A stretch of 64,000 bases of DNA, taken from the human T2T-CHM13v2.0 reference genome, Homo sapiens. The stretch is from NCBI RefSeq assembly GCF_009914755.1, contig NC_060928.1; one strand, written 5' to 3'. Made by a program: the position numbers and the translations under genes. Shown in pieces: positions 29,877 to 46,810 of this stretch; the first letter of the stretch is position 1, and every line of letters begins with the position of its first letter. The notes beneath the pieces were generated by a model. It searched no databases, was not told the DNA's origin, and saw only the letters and a list, made by a program, of their open reading frames with translations.

Positions 29877-30278
29877 GATTATGAGTTGAACAGTATTCCC
29901 CCAGAACCTCAGAATGTCCCCTTGGAAACTGGATGTTTGCAGATGCAGTTAGTTAAGATGGAGTCATACTGAATTAAGATGTGTTCTAAATCCAATGACT
30001 GGTATCCTTATAAGAAAGCCATGTGAAGGCACAAAGGGAAAAAGCCTATCTGATAATGAAGGCAATGACTGGAATGGTGCAGCTAAAAGCCAAGGAATGC
30101 CAAAGATTGCTGGCAACCACTAGAAGTTAGAAAAGCGGTATAGGATAAATTTTCCCTTAGACCTTTCAGAAGGAATCAACCCAGCCAACACCTACATTTC
30201 AGACTTCTGGTCTCCCAAACCGTGACAGAATAAATTTTGTTTGTTTTATGACACTGACAGCCCTAAGAAACTAATACA
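29877..30278 (+). mobile_element. MLT1B/C LTR inserted in an L2 fragment
   Basis: ccagaacctcagaatgt...aagccaaggaatgccaaagattgctggcaaccac...gaaactaataca. Confidence 0.8.
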
Positions 30279-30733
30279 GAGAAACAGATATTAATGAAAT
30301 ATTGATAAATACATGTAAAATTGCAACTATGAAAAAAGATTATTGATGAGAGCTTCAAAGTGTATTGATATCCAGATGAGTTGTACTAGTCACGGAGATC
30401 AGAGAACACCTTTTTGAGAAAGTGTTTTTTAAAGTGAGAACCAAAGAAGTTATCTATAGAAATATGAAGAGAATGAGGACTGCAGTCCAACTAGAAGTAA
30501 AATATGTTTTTTTTTAAAAATGCACTATTTCATGACTTAATAAATATGCATCCTCTATCTTACGTACTCTTACAGGATCTGAAGATTTAGAAATAAACAT
30601 GCAGTTTATACACTACGAAAAAAGGTATTGTGATCAAGCTATTAAAATACTGTTGTATTCTATTAATGAGGATAAATGAAAAAACTACACCTGTTATTGT
30701 TAAATATCTGTAGTCCCAATTATGTAGAAATAA

Positions 30734-31169
<436 letters not shown>

Positions 31170-32496
31170 AATAGTGATTTTCAGTAAACAGGATTTCCTT
31201 ATATTGCTTCTTATCACAATGACACATTCTTATCACAATGACTTTAAATAGTCAAAACAATTAAAAATAATGAAACTACAGACAAATTTTTTTTAATTCT
31301 CCAGCTGGCTCTAAAAATCATGTTATTTATTAAGGTGATATATTTTGCATATTAAAAACATATGAACATTGTTTGATTTATTGTCAATTTGGTATCTCAT
31401 TTTGCTTGAGCAAAACAGATAGTGCCACAGAATCTTTGTAAGTTTTCTTTTATCATTTAATTTATTTTGTAATAAAAATAATATAAACAAATAAGGTACT
31501 TAAATAATTACTCTAAAAATATAACAAATTAAGAAAACAAATAGCTATTTTATAATGAGGCAGAAATTTTACCCATTTTAACCAGATTAAGAAATTTCAG
31601 TTGAAGAATTTTCCTTTATGTAGTCGAGTTGTTTTGTTTCCAGCAAACTCTTTGCAGTAAAGAAAACCTTGGTAGTTCTTTCATGAATAAAAAGCATATG
31701 TGTACTTCATTTCAAATTGGCAGGGTCTCATGGTTTCCTTATAGATGTATAAGGTATAATTCAGTTTATAGAAGTAGTACAGTTAAAGTCTAAAGAAGGT
31801 CATTTTTTAATCTTTTTTTTTTGCATTCTTGCTTAGAAAATTACTAAGGAGACTCATTGGTAGTTTCTATGTCACCTGAGTGTACTCAATCCCTTGGGCT
31901 TGGGGGTATACTTATTGAAACTGAAATTTATGAATAAAGAAATTAAAAAAGGAATAAATCCAACTGTTATATGTCCTTCTAAACAACTCACAAAACATCA
32001 GTAAGACAAGCACACACTCCAAATAACTTAATATCACATATAGATAGGAAAAAAATTAATAACCAAAATTAACAGAATCAACTCCAGAGCCCACAGTGAG
32101 TAGAGAGTGGGGTGAAGACTTGGTGAAAGAAAGAAGAGAGGAAGTTCATAAGAATATAACCAATGAATCAGCCTCAGAAAGAGAAAGTCTTACCAGGAAT
32201 TGGGAAATAGAAAAAAATAGGATTAAAAATTGATAAACCAAAACACTGCCTTTGGGGAATCCAAAGGCAAGACTTGAACATGCACAAGGACAGATGTAGT
32301 GTGTTGTTTTGATTAAGAGCAGGTGACTTGGCTAGATAAGATACCCTTGGGTATGTAAATAAAAAGTAATTAAAAAGTTGAATTTGAGAGTCTTGATGAA
32401 GGAAAATTAAATCATAAAGTCAGAAGACATACAAAGTGCCTTTCCAACAAAATGCCCTTGAATAAAGAACAGCTACAACAAAAGCTAGTAAATGGC

Positions 32497-32985
32497 TGTC
32501 TTAGGTTGGGTTCATTCAAACACATGGCTGAAATAGGATTCCATGTACAAGAAAGGTATTAAATGAATAGGCTCTGGATAAACTGGAGGGAAAAAAAATT
32601 AGGAAAAAAGAAGAAAACAGGGAGGGAGGCAAAATAGGAAGGGAAGACCGATAAGCAAGCTTGTGGTTTCAGGGGAAGTTCAGATTCATTCTATCTTACA
32701 GGAGACCCTGTAGCACAAATTGAACCCTAGACTTTTCTGCACCTTCAAGCAGGGAGCTGGGTTCCTGTAGGTCTGCAGAGATAATCACAGAGTTGTCATA
32801 GGGAAACTTAAATTCCCAGGCATATCCAGGTGACGCAGTTTGAGTTGTCCAAGTGTCAACTTCTAGAGGAATGTGAAAGTGTGAAGCACTAGCAGCAATA
32901 GCCACAGCATTTAGGGAATGCCATATCTAATCAGCAAAAAGATCTTAGAATATCTGAGCAGGACACCAACAATGTTGCTGCAGCA
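32497..32985 (-). mobile_element. LTR16-like ERVL solo LTR
   Basis: tgtcttaggttgggttc...ggacaccaacaatgttgctgca. Confidence 0.6.
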
Positions 32986-33899
32986 ACTGACATCCCTTAT
33001 CATTCTCTACACAAAGCTTGTTGATGCACTTAAAATGAACAAAAAGTAGCAAACAGATAAAATAACAAGAAGGATCAAAATATTTTAACTGATGAAAATT
33101 ATCTCCACCCAACAACAACAAGCAAAAGGAAACTGTGACACAACTCTTCAATATAATTAACTATGTTTAATCAGACATTTATAGATTAAAAATTTTGAAT
33201 TCATGATCCAAAATATGATAACACAAGAGGTAAAAGTCATACAAAATGTGAAATGAAAGTTGATGTAACTCATTGAAGAAATGGAAGAAAAAGTTACCTT
33301 GGAAAGAAAAATGACAATATAAGATGTGAAGACAAAATAGGAGTTACTGAAAACATAATGAACATCATTTAAAAATACACATGAAAACATCTGTGAGAAC
33401 AAAATAAAATCACTAAAAAAGTAAAAGGAATCAGATAAAGCAAATGATGTAGATAACATTCTTAAAGATGGTTCTGTTACCTACATGTATGCATCACCAT
33501 AAATAAAATTTGAGCATTTTTTAAAAAGGAAAAATAATGGAGTAAACTAATATTTAAAACTTCAGTGAACAAAAACTTCCTGGAAATAAATGACACAGTT
33601 TACATATGATAAAAGCCCATTATGTACCTGGAACAAATGTCCTGAAACAGTGAACTCTGAGACAGAGCTTCATACAATTATTAGACTTTTTATATAAAGA
33701 AAAATATAGGCCAATAAACACATACAAGAAAACTTAGTGTTTCTCAGTTTTTCAATTATGCCTTTTGCAAGTAAACTATGAGCAAAAGATTTTAGGTCTT
33801 TAAGAACAAGCTATGTGGTTCTTAAAGTATCAAGCTTATAGGAGAACAATAGTAAATCTGTAAGTATTCAGAAAATACTGTACTCAAGAGGCATTTCCA

Positions 33900-34192
33900 G
33901 CCAGGCATGGTGGCTCAGCGGCTCACGCTTGTAATCCCAGCACTTTACGAAGCCAAGGTTAGAGGATCTCTTGAGCCCAGTAGTTCAAGACCAGCCTAGG
34001 CAACATGCAGAAACTTTTTTGAAAAAATTTAGCCAGGTGTGGTGATGAGTGCCTGTAGTCCTAGCTACTCAGGACACTGAGGTAGGAGGATAGCTTGAGC
34101 CCAGGAGGTTAAGGCTGTAGTGAGCCATGACTGTACCACTGTACTCCAGCCTTGACAACAGAGCAAGACCCTGTCTCCTAGGGAAAAAAAAA
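33900..34192 (+). mobile_element. AluJ
   Basis: cttgagcccagtagttc diagnostic; TSD aagaggcatt(t/c)cca at 33886-33899 and 34193-34206. Confidence 0.92.
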
Positions 34193-35457
34193 AAGAGGCA
34201 TTCCCATGGCATTGGGTAAGGGAGAAGCTTTATCCAGACAAGAAATAGTAAACACTACAAAAGGACAAACAGGTATACTTAAACAAATGAAGATATACTT
34301 TTAATGTAAGCATGTTAATTTTTTAAATCACAAAATGTCAAATGAAGAAATGTTTGTTTATTTGAATTTTTTTCACCTCGAACTAGACATATTGATTCTA
34401 AAGTTTAAATTTAAAAAATAAAAATAGCATGCTACTATAGCACAGAAGAAACTGAAGGAAAGAGATATGAAGGAGCTCTGCCAACGGCACTACTAGATTT
34501 TAAACATATTACAAAGCCTCAATTAAAAAAATAAGAGTGTAGTAGTATGGAGATGTAAGTATAGTGATAGACCTGTGGAACAGAAAATAAATTTCAGACC
34601 CAGAACTAATTCATACGGAAATTTGGTACATGTGAAAGATAGCATTTAAATCACTAGATAAAGCACGGACTTTGAGGTAAATGGTTATCAATAACCTGGA
34701 TAGCTTTTTAGAAAAGGATCAAATTGTAGCTATATCTTAAATAAAGTAGAAATAATGAATAGACTCAAAATGGATAAGAGATTAAAATATAAAAATGAAA
34801 CCATACAATCATTGAAAAAAACATGAGTAGTTTTCTTTATAACCTGGGTCTGCAACAAAGAAAAATGATAAATTTACTACCAAAAATGGCCTGGAAAATA
34901 TGTCACATGAAAAGTCAAAATAATAAATGACAATTTGGGAGTATATTTGTAATGTGTCAAAGATAAAGATCTAATGCTTCAAATACAGTTTTAAAAGCTG
35001 TAAATTATTTTGTAAAAATGCCCCTCATAAAACCAACTAACCAAACAAAAATACACTCAGTCTCTCTTATAATAATGGAAACATGGAACAAAATTATACG
35101 ATGATACTCTTTCTCACCTGTTAGACTGTTCACAGATTGACAGCATATTATGTGTGTGGCCCTGTGAGGAAACAGGCACTCTCTTACATTACTAGGATTT
35201 TAAATGGTACTCCTCTTTGGAGGGCCATTTGGCAGTATATAACGTAATTATGTATGCATTTACCCATTCACTCAACAATTCTGCTTCCAGGAAATTAATT
35301 CAGTCAGATTATAATGTTAATCATTATAAAATTATTTATAAGAGCAAAATATTGGAAGTGTCCTTAATTCTCATCAAGAGGCTGATAAATCTATAATACA
35401 CTCCACCCAATGGAGTAGTATCTTTAAAAAAAAACAAGAAATACTGTGAGTATCGTC

Positions 35458-35620
35458 TGTGTTTGTGTGTGTGTGTGTATGTGTGTGTGTCTGTGTCTGT
35501 GTGTGTTCATCTGTGTGTAGAGAGAGTTTGGTTTTAGCTCAATCAAAAAATATGATGATAGATGGATGGATAGATTGAGAGATAGGCAGGTAGATAGGTA
35601 AAATGATAGATTCAGGGATA
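35458..35620. repeat. (TG)n followed by degenerate (GATA/GATG)n
   Basis: Directly visible. Confidence 0.85.
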
Positions 35621-36546
35621 GCTATATCTGTATGTCTGTGCACCTGTATTGTTTTTAATCTAGAAAAAGAGTGAATAAATGTGCAAAACATTGACAATTG
35701 TTAAACCTAAGTGGAAGGGTATAGAAGTGTTTGTTGTATTTATATTGAACCATATATTTCATAAAGCTGCTGCTATTTGAACATTTTTATCTATAAAAAT
35801 AACCGTCTCGTGTAGTTCAATTTAAATGCAAACACTCTTCACCAAGTACACTGATGGTTTTGTAAGTTAGAAATAGTCCACTATTAGTAGTTTTATACAC
35901 TTTCACTTATTCTATTCTATTTTTTAAGAAATAAATTTTTCCAAATAAAATGTTGCAAAAATAAGAAAATGCATTTTCCCAAACAAGGTTTTAATATGCT
36001 TAAATTCATAGAAAGGAAATAAAGAAAGAAGGAGAGATAACATTGTTTAAAGATCAACTATGTTGTAAGAACCATTCTATGGTTCCTATGTCCTAGGAAC
36101 TCAGGAACCTTCATCTTTATATATAAGAAAATGTGTTCAAATAAATTCAGAGAATCTGATAAGTTTCCGTGGTTTGAAACTTTTACACAGCTAACAAGTG
36201 ACAAGAAACTGTGCCCATAACATCATGAAAATAAATATATTCTCTATTAATTTTTAAAATGCAGACTGGAAAATAGCATGCTTGATGATAAAAACATCAA
36301 ACTGAAACAACCTTGAGGAATTTTTATATTTTCAACTAAAACTTTCAGTGTATGATCTGCAATAGGATAGCTTCTTCTAAATGCTTTTAGAAAGTATTTT
36401 ATGCTATTGAATTTTTAATCTATTGATCTTTATGTTCAGTACATTTCTAATATTTAAAACAATGTTTGGCTTTTCTGAGAGGATCATCAAAAAGTCCTTT
36501 ATTGATGAGAAGTTCTTTGTAAAAAATCCCCTGTTGGTTTACTCAC

Positions 36547-36586
36547 TGGCCGGCTGCCTTTCCCCTCCCCTCTCTGCCTTTTTACC
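36547..36586 (-). pseudogene. Decayed exon end: start of minor collagenous domain
   Basis: GGT AAA AAG GCA GAG AGG GGA GGG GAA AGG CAG CCG G CCA followed by a GTGAGT donor. Reads GKK (G)ER GGE (G)QP and is preceded by an acidic/Tyr stretch ADYDSPTGGQYNALGVF. Confidence 0.6.
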
Positions 36587-36826
36587 TAGAATACTCCAAG
36601 TGCATTATATTGGCCTCCAGTCGGAGAATCATAGTCTGCTGATAAAACACTCAGCGTCATTTACCATCTGGCTATTCTTTCATGGCTTAAGAAGTGCAGA
36701 TTCTTTTTTTGTCATCAAACTTTTTTTTTCAGTGTTAAAATAGGATCTTCCAGTAGTACAAAGAATGTTGACATTCTTACAGAATCTGAAGTGTCAAGCA
36801 GAGAATATACATTTTAGCTCACTTAC

Positions 36827-36907
36827 CAAAATTATATAGTTGTAAGATTCTGGCATGCTCTCTCTTTGTGTACAGGTGGCTAATTTGCAGACACGACGTG
36901 GGTGGTG
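36827..36907 (-). other. Intact-looking 81-nt exon (unknown transcript)
   Basis: Acceptor ctttcctctttttgtgctatttcctacag and donor G|GTAAGT. Length is a multiple of 3, and two frames are open. Confidence 0.55.
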
Positions 36908-37069
36908 CTGTAGGAAATAGCACAAAAAGAGGAAAGCAGGTCAACCTAATACAGGGTTTTTCAGCACTTTTCTTCAAGCTGGGGATTAATAAAATCCACT
37001 AAAATCAGTTGTAATTTTATAAAAGTCTTCATTAGATAAAACTCTTTTCTGAAAGTTAGCTATATTTTA

Positions 37070-37225
37070 TTATTTTTTTATTTTTTTTTACTGCTTTTCT
37101 TTTTTTTTTTTAATTATTATACTTTAAGTTTTAGGGTACATGTGCACAATGTGCAGGTTAGTTACATATGCATACATGTGCCATGCTGGTGTGCTGCACC
37201 CATTAACCCTAATGCTAAATGACGA
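37070..37225 (-). mobile_element. Minimal L1PA2/3 3' end with an 18-nt inverted 5' piece
   Basis: 19-bp TSD gaaagttagct(a/g)tatttta at 37051-37069 and 37224-37242. Confidence 0.93.
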
Positions 37226-37349
37226 AAGTTAGCTGTATTTTAAAAGCATAGAGTATTATAAACTGTTCCTTATGAATGCAGTACACTTCATACAAATTTA
37301 TATTTTTTTAAGTTAAAAATAATGAGCACATTAAAATTTGAAATTTGCA

Positions 37350-37651
<302 letters not shown>

Positions 37652-39814
37652 GAAATTTGCATGTTAATGTAGCGTTAGTCAGCATGGGAACCCATGATGC
37701 AGAAAGGCAGGTAAACCTCAAGACTGGGAAGACACATCTTTGCACAAAATCTTAAAGGAATGACTGGGCCATATAAACATGGAGAGGGCAGAGAGAAGAA
37801 TGACACTCCCTAAGATTATCTGCTTGAACAGAGGTGTATTCAGAATTTTCTTAGTAGAAGGAGAGGAGCAATTGAATTACATTGAAAGTTACTTGGATAA
37901 TAACATAACTAATAATATTTAACACATCAAGGAACCCTAAAAAAAAGCAATTGCTCTGAGGTAAGTTATGGATTAATGAAAATGCAGCCATTTAGTTACA
38001 CCCAAGTAGCCATGGTTAAACAGCACTTTAGTTTTTGGCAGTGCAAGCTTCATGTGCAGTCACTTTATTTTGTTTTTAAACCTTCCATCTCTTACAACAC
38101 AGAGGTCTTCTAAGGAGGCCTGGGGGATTACATGGTTAGTTGCACAATTTCTGTATCTGGAGATTTTGGGGTTTTATGGACCTTTGTTTTATTGCTGTTA
38201 GTTGTTCATGCGTGTTTGTTTTGTGGCTTTCACAGTCTGACCCACTGTTTTCTGCCAGGATGCAATGCACTGTGGGTATTAACAATACTTCCTTGCATTA
38301 CCACCTCTGGTTACAGTGTCCAAAATGCTCTCATTTATAAGGGATGCTCTTGTTGTGCCAGACCGTCAATGGCTATGACTAAGTCCTACAGTAATAAAAA
38401 TGCAAGACTTTTTAAATGTTAGTGTTACATATGGTATTGGGAATAGCAATATTTAAAAAAAAAACAGCATCAATCAGGACATTTTTGTGTCTCTTCATTG
38501 ACTTCTATGGCGTAGCAGGTGATGAACTCTAGAGAGTCAGAGGCTATTTTAAGCAGGCCAGAGGGCCTGACTGAGCTCGGGTTGTAGGTTCTGGAGAGGC
38601 AACTCTCTTCCGAGACATCCCTTTTAGACCCTCCCCTTGGGTCATATAGTAGTGCTTTTTCATCAGATTATCGCCCCTGACCAGCACTCCTTCCCTCTTT
38701 ATCTCTAACAGGAGAATTTCAATTCATCCTTAAGGCCAGCTCGCATCATGTGGAACATTATAATCCCATAGCAAATATAGCATAAGGATGTTAATTGATT
38801 GGTTAATTCCCTTGCCAATGCAAACATAGTTTTATGACAAACACTTCACATCCATAATTTTGTAAATTATAAACAGGTATATCTTTGAAGAATCTAGAAA
38901 CATATCTACTTCCTTTGCTTTTGTTTTCTATTTCCTTTTATTCCCCGAATTTGTCTCTGAATGTTTTTAAGTTACATTTTCCCTCTGTCATGTGGATATT
39001 CTTATAAGAACTTATAATTAAATATCTCTTCAGCTTCATAACTAAAGGAGCTTGAAGCAACATATAGCAATGCACCCAATTTCAATTAACTTGTCTTGCT
39101 TACAGCTTTTAACATAAACAGAGTAACATATTTTCCTCAAGCAATTTGCATACGTTTTCTTCAATTTACAACTTCAAGAAGCTGTATAAGAAATTCATAT
39201 ATGAGCTGCTTTCCAGTTTACTGTAAATTCAGAGTTTGTAAAGCAATTAGATTTTCCTTTACTTGACAACTAAATTTTATTTTAATCTAAAAGATGTTTG
39301 ACTACTCTTCAAGAAATTTTATGCATGCAAAGATGTTATCATTATTCACATTAAGGAAACAAGTTCACCAAAATGCCATAGTCTTTGTGTCTGACTACAT
39401 TTTAAACATTTAAACTGTAATTTATTTTATAAAAGAAAGTTCTAAAGAAATAAATTTAAGGGAGAAAATGTATTAAGAGTAAAAAATGCATTCATAAATT
39501 GTATTTAAGCTATATGTATAGATGTGAAGATTTTATTAAATTCTCTGCAAACATAAATGTATGCTTGTCATAAAAATTACTTTAAAATGTGTCTTAAATA
39601 CCTACTATGTAGATCATAAAACTTAATACTTACAAGTCTTTCTCTGATAACTAATTTTAAAAACTGGGTGCTTTTATGTTTTATTGTTCATTTTAAAATA
39701 TAAGCCCTTATGAAAACTAAAATTTATTTTGAAATACATTATTTATAAAAGCAATTTCAGTAGACATTCATCCTTTAAAACATTCATTCTTGAATTAAAT
39801 ATATATTAGCATAC

Positions 39815-40080
39815 TTGATTCCAAACATTTTACAAATACATGAATGCTTCTGAGAAAAATTTTAGGGCAATGTGAAATATTTAAAAATGTATTTGGACAA
39901 ATATCTAGTAAATGCTTCAAGAGATCAAGTAGCTGAATAATTTGCATATGGATGCTTTTATCTTTTAATAATTGTACTTTTCTTGTCCTGAGTGAGTTAG
40001 CTGCCAAGTTTAGTTTAAGATTGAGAAAAACAACCAACTAGGAGTCTCAGGCTGTTGAGTTATGGTATTGTTAATTATAC
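39815..40080 (-). pseudogene. Decayed TSPN (thrombospondin N-terminal/LamG-like) exon candidate
   Basis: Acceptor cctccttttccag at 40081+. Reads LVVFLNLKLN...KDKSIHMQIIQL, then HIALKF/RSIHVFVKC across a frameshift, resembling the TSPN motif WH.(I/L)AL.....V...V.C. Possible donor GTATGC at 39809-39814. Confidence 0.45.
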
Positions 40081-41052
40081 CTGGAAAAGGAGGCAAACTT
40101 TCTTCCTTTCCTCCTTGCTGACTTATAGTGCTGCATGACTGAAATGCCCACCATAGTTATTTGCCTTCCTGGCCAATTAAGTAGAACACCTCTGTTAAAA
40201 TAACACACTTTCAAACCTTGGACTACTTAATAAATACATGAAAATCATATACATTTAGAGGGGTTTTCTAGGCTTGCCATAGGACATCAAGGTGTCTAAT
40301 ATAGCTTAATATCGTCCTCTTTTCTTCCTGCAACCTTAAAAGCACAAAATGCCAAAAGTAATGAGATTAAAATAGAATCTGAGATAAATCTAGACAAAGG
40401 GCAGAGGTGGGCATGACAATCTGACCCTCTTGGTAAGATGTCCTCAGTGTATGCTTTTCCTCTTGTTTTTAATCTTTCTCTTTCTTTCTTTTTTGTTAAT
40501 TATAAAGTTGTATCAGGATGTATAGTGGATAGATAAAATATTAAAGTTATTATGCTTAAAACCCATCACAATACTGTGTAAGTTTCCCTCAGTCAGGATT
40601 TGCCTAAACATGGCCTGGCTTCTATTGTGTGGAAAATTCTATGAAGACGATTAAACTTCCATAAATTCTAAAAACTGATTATTCTCATCACTGCCAATGC
40701 TGAGTCTTGGGGTAATATTATTTTTATTAAAAATTGTAATTGGCAACTTTTAGATCATACTATGAATTTCAAAATTAACAATGGTATCCTAATGAACTCC
40801 ATCTCACAAGGAACAACGACAACTTTGGGTGGAAACTAGGCTAGACAGAGATTTATTCAGAAACAAGTAAGTTTGAATGTACATGAATATGGAAATTTTA
40901 AAAAACATTGAAATACAGAGAAATAGTGTAAAAGAAAGTCTCTCTCATATTTAAATATAAAAACTTTTCAGTGTCATCTTTTTTCTATGTTGACCTCTTC
41001 AACACTAGGCTGAGGCTAACTGCCACAGAAATATTTCCTTAACAATTACTTT

Positions 41053-44593
<3,541 letters not shown>

Positions 44594-46167
44594 TAATAGT
44601 TACCTTAAAATTTAACTTTGCCACAAAATTTTTAACGTTTAGAGATATCAGAAAGGAAACAAATGCTAAACCGAAGGAGTCAAATAAATTAATTAATATT
44701 TTGTAAAGTATGTATCTTAATTACCACCATCCAATCCACCTCAGCTGTCTTGAGTTTGTAAGAAATATCATGAATATTTTTAAAACTGAAAAATCAGGGG
44801 CAATTTGGGAGTAAATAAATATTCATCTGTCAGACTATTTTTTATCTGTGGTACTTGAATGCTGTTGACATTTACCACAGGATCTCTACAAGAATCTATT
44901 ATCCTGTTGTACAGGATTTGTAAACGATCTGTTACTCTTTTGCTGGGAAATTGAGAATGTCAATGAGGAGATAGAAGAAAAAATCATTTACACAAGAAAT
45001 TTAAAAATAAGAGATTATGGTGGAGAAAGCCATTTATTTATTCATTCTAAGAATAAAAATTTAATAAATTGAAATCAAATATTTAAATCTGTGATTAAGA
45101 CAATATTGAGTGCTTTTATGGACTAGAATAAGATGCTAAGATAGAGCCTAAAGTTTCTTTGTGGGAGTTTCCTAGGAGTAAAGGAAGAAGATGGTTATGC
45201 TTGTAGTTTAGGAATGATTTTGGCTAAGGTACAAGAAGTAGACTAAATAACCTCTCAATGTCCTTTTGTTCTAATATTTAAATAATTATTTTAAAAGAAA
45301 TCAAGAATTAAATGTCTGCTATGACTTGCAATATCTTAGTGCACTGACCTAGGCTGTGTATCTCAATATCTGTGAGTATTAATCTATTTTAACTAGATAG
45401 GAACAGAAAAAATGAATTGCAAAACATGTTAATGAGATCAAAGTTCTCAATATATTTTGCATGCTTCTAAGACCCAGAGGTCAAAATCCAGAAAGAGGAG
45501 GAATGAAGTGGAGAAAAATGAAAAAGAGCTTGATTCAGAGTTTAGCCATTAAATGTAGATGCTGTGGATGAGGGACTAAATTTAATTGTATTTTACTTTG
45601 TATGTGATGAGAATATACATTAGTTGGAAGAGCTCCTTTCTATGGGTCATTTTAACTGAACAAAGTTGCATTTTAACCTGAATAAAGATTTTATTTCTTT
45701 AATGTGACCCCAAAGTAGCCATTTCCAATGATGAGATGATCCTCTGAATAGCAGTGTTAGTTAATTGAAATTTTAATCCTTACAAAAGAATAAGTACCAC
45801 TGACATTGATTGCAATCCTTCACATTAATTATCAAGTGCATATTTTTTAAAACTACTGTATTTCAAGGCTTTTTTTAGTATCATCTGTAACATGAGTCGA
45901 TATAAAAAGAAGGATGAAACTTCAATTTTCAGACATGGATCTGTAATAGATGCATTAATTAATTCATAGTGTCACATTAAAAATAATATTGGAAATACTT
46001 CACAAGTTGATCTTTGTATTAATTTCCTTTAAATTGATCTCATTTTATTATTTTTACTACGTTAGTAATTACAATGATACGTTTTAATATTAAAAAACAT
46101 TTACAATAGCTAGAATTCGAAAAAAAGAAGTTGTAGGGAGAAAGCTATTCAGGTAGACACTATCAAC

Positions 46168-46211
46168 GTGTGTGTGTGTGTGTGCGCTCACGTGCATGTG
46201 TATGTGTGTGT
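46168..46211. repeat. (TG)n microsatellite
   Basis: Directly visible. Confidence 0.85.
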
Positions 46212-46569
46212 ACCTGCACCATGTACATTTTATCATTAAGAATTCCTTCCATAGAGTGTTTTCTAAACTGGCAAGGAATAATATGGCCCTAAAAGTATCT
46301 TTTAACATCAGCCCAACTTCGTACATGCCTACCAGCCAGGAATTCTGCTTCCCTACACATTTTTTCTCACTGCTTTTAAATTTTACAATATGCAAATATT
46401 ACCTCATTCCTTTATTCCTACAATTACCTAGGGCTGGCAGTATCCGCATCTACATATCTTTGCTTCCTTTTTTTGCGCTAACAAATCTCTACATTCTTAC
46501 AACCTGAATATACCAGCTACTCTACTGTAGACTGCTATTTCTATTTCTTGTTCAAAATCAATAACTGAT

Positions 46570-46810
46570 ATCATTGATTAACTATGTGCTCTGTGCCAGA
46601 CATTGTTCTTTATCTTTACATGTATTGTCTACATATCCACAGCAATTATCTTATGTAGGTACTACTATTATTTTTAATTCACAGCTGACAAAACTGAGAT
46701 GCAATGCTGTTTAATTAAGTGGACCAAAATTACTTAGCCAGTAAGTGTTGGAGCCAGAATTGGAACCAAGGCAAAGCTTAATTCCGTGCTTCTGTTTATT
46801 CCACCGCACA
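46570..46810 (-). mobile_element. MIR SINE
   Basis: ctgtgccagacattgttct...cacagctgacaaaactgagat...ggagccagaattggaacc. Confidence 0.75.

Larger units (their letters stand above)
33000..35760 (+). mobile_element. Ancient L1ME/HAL1-like fragments
   Basis: A-rich decayed ORF1-like and ORF2 3' motifs (gtgaggaaacaggcactctcttacatt; tggagggccatttggcagtat). Confidence 0.55.
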
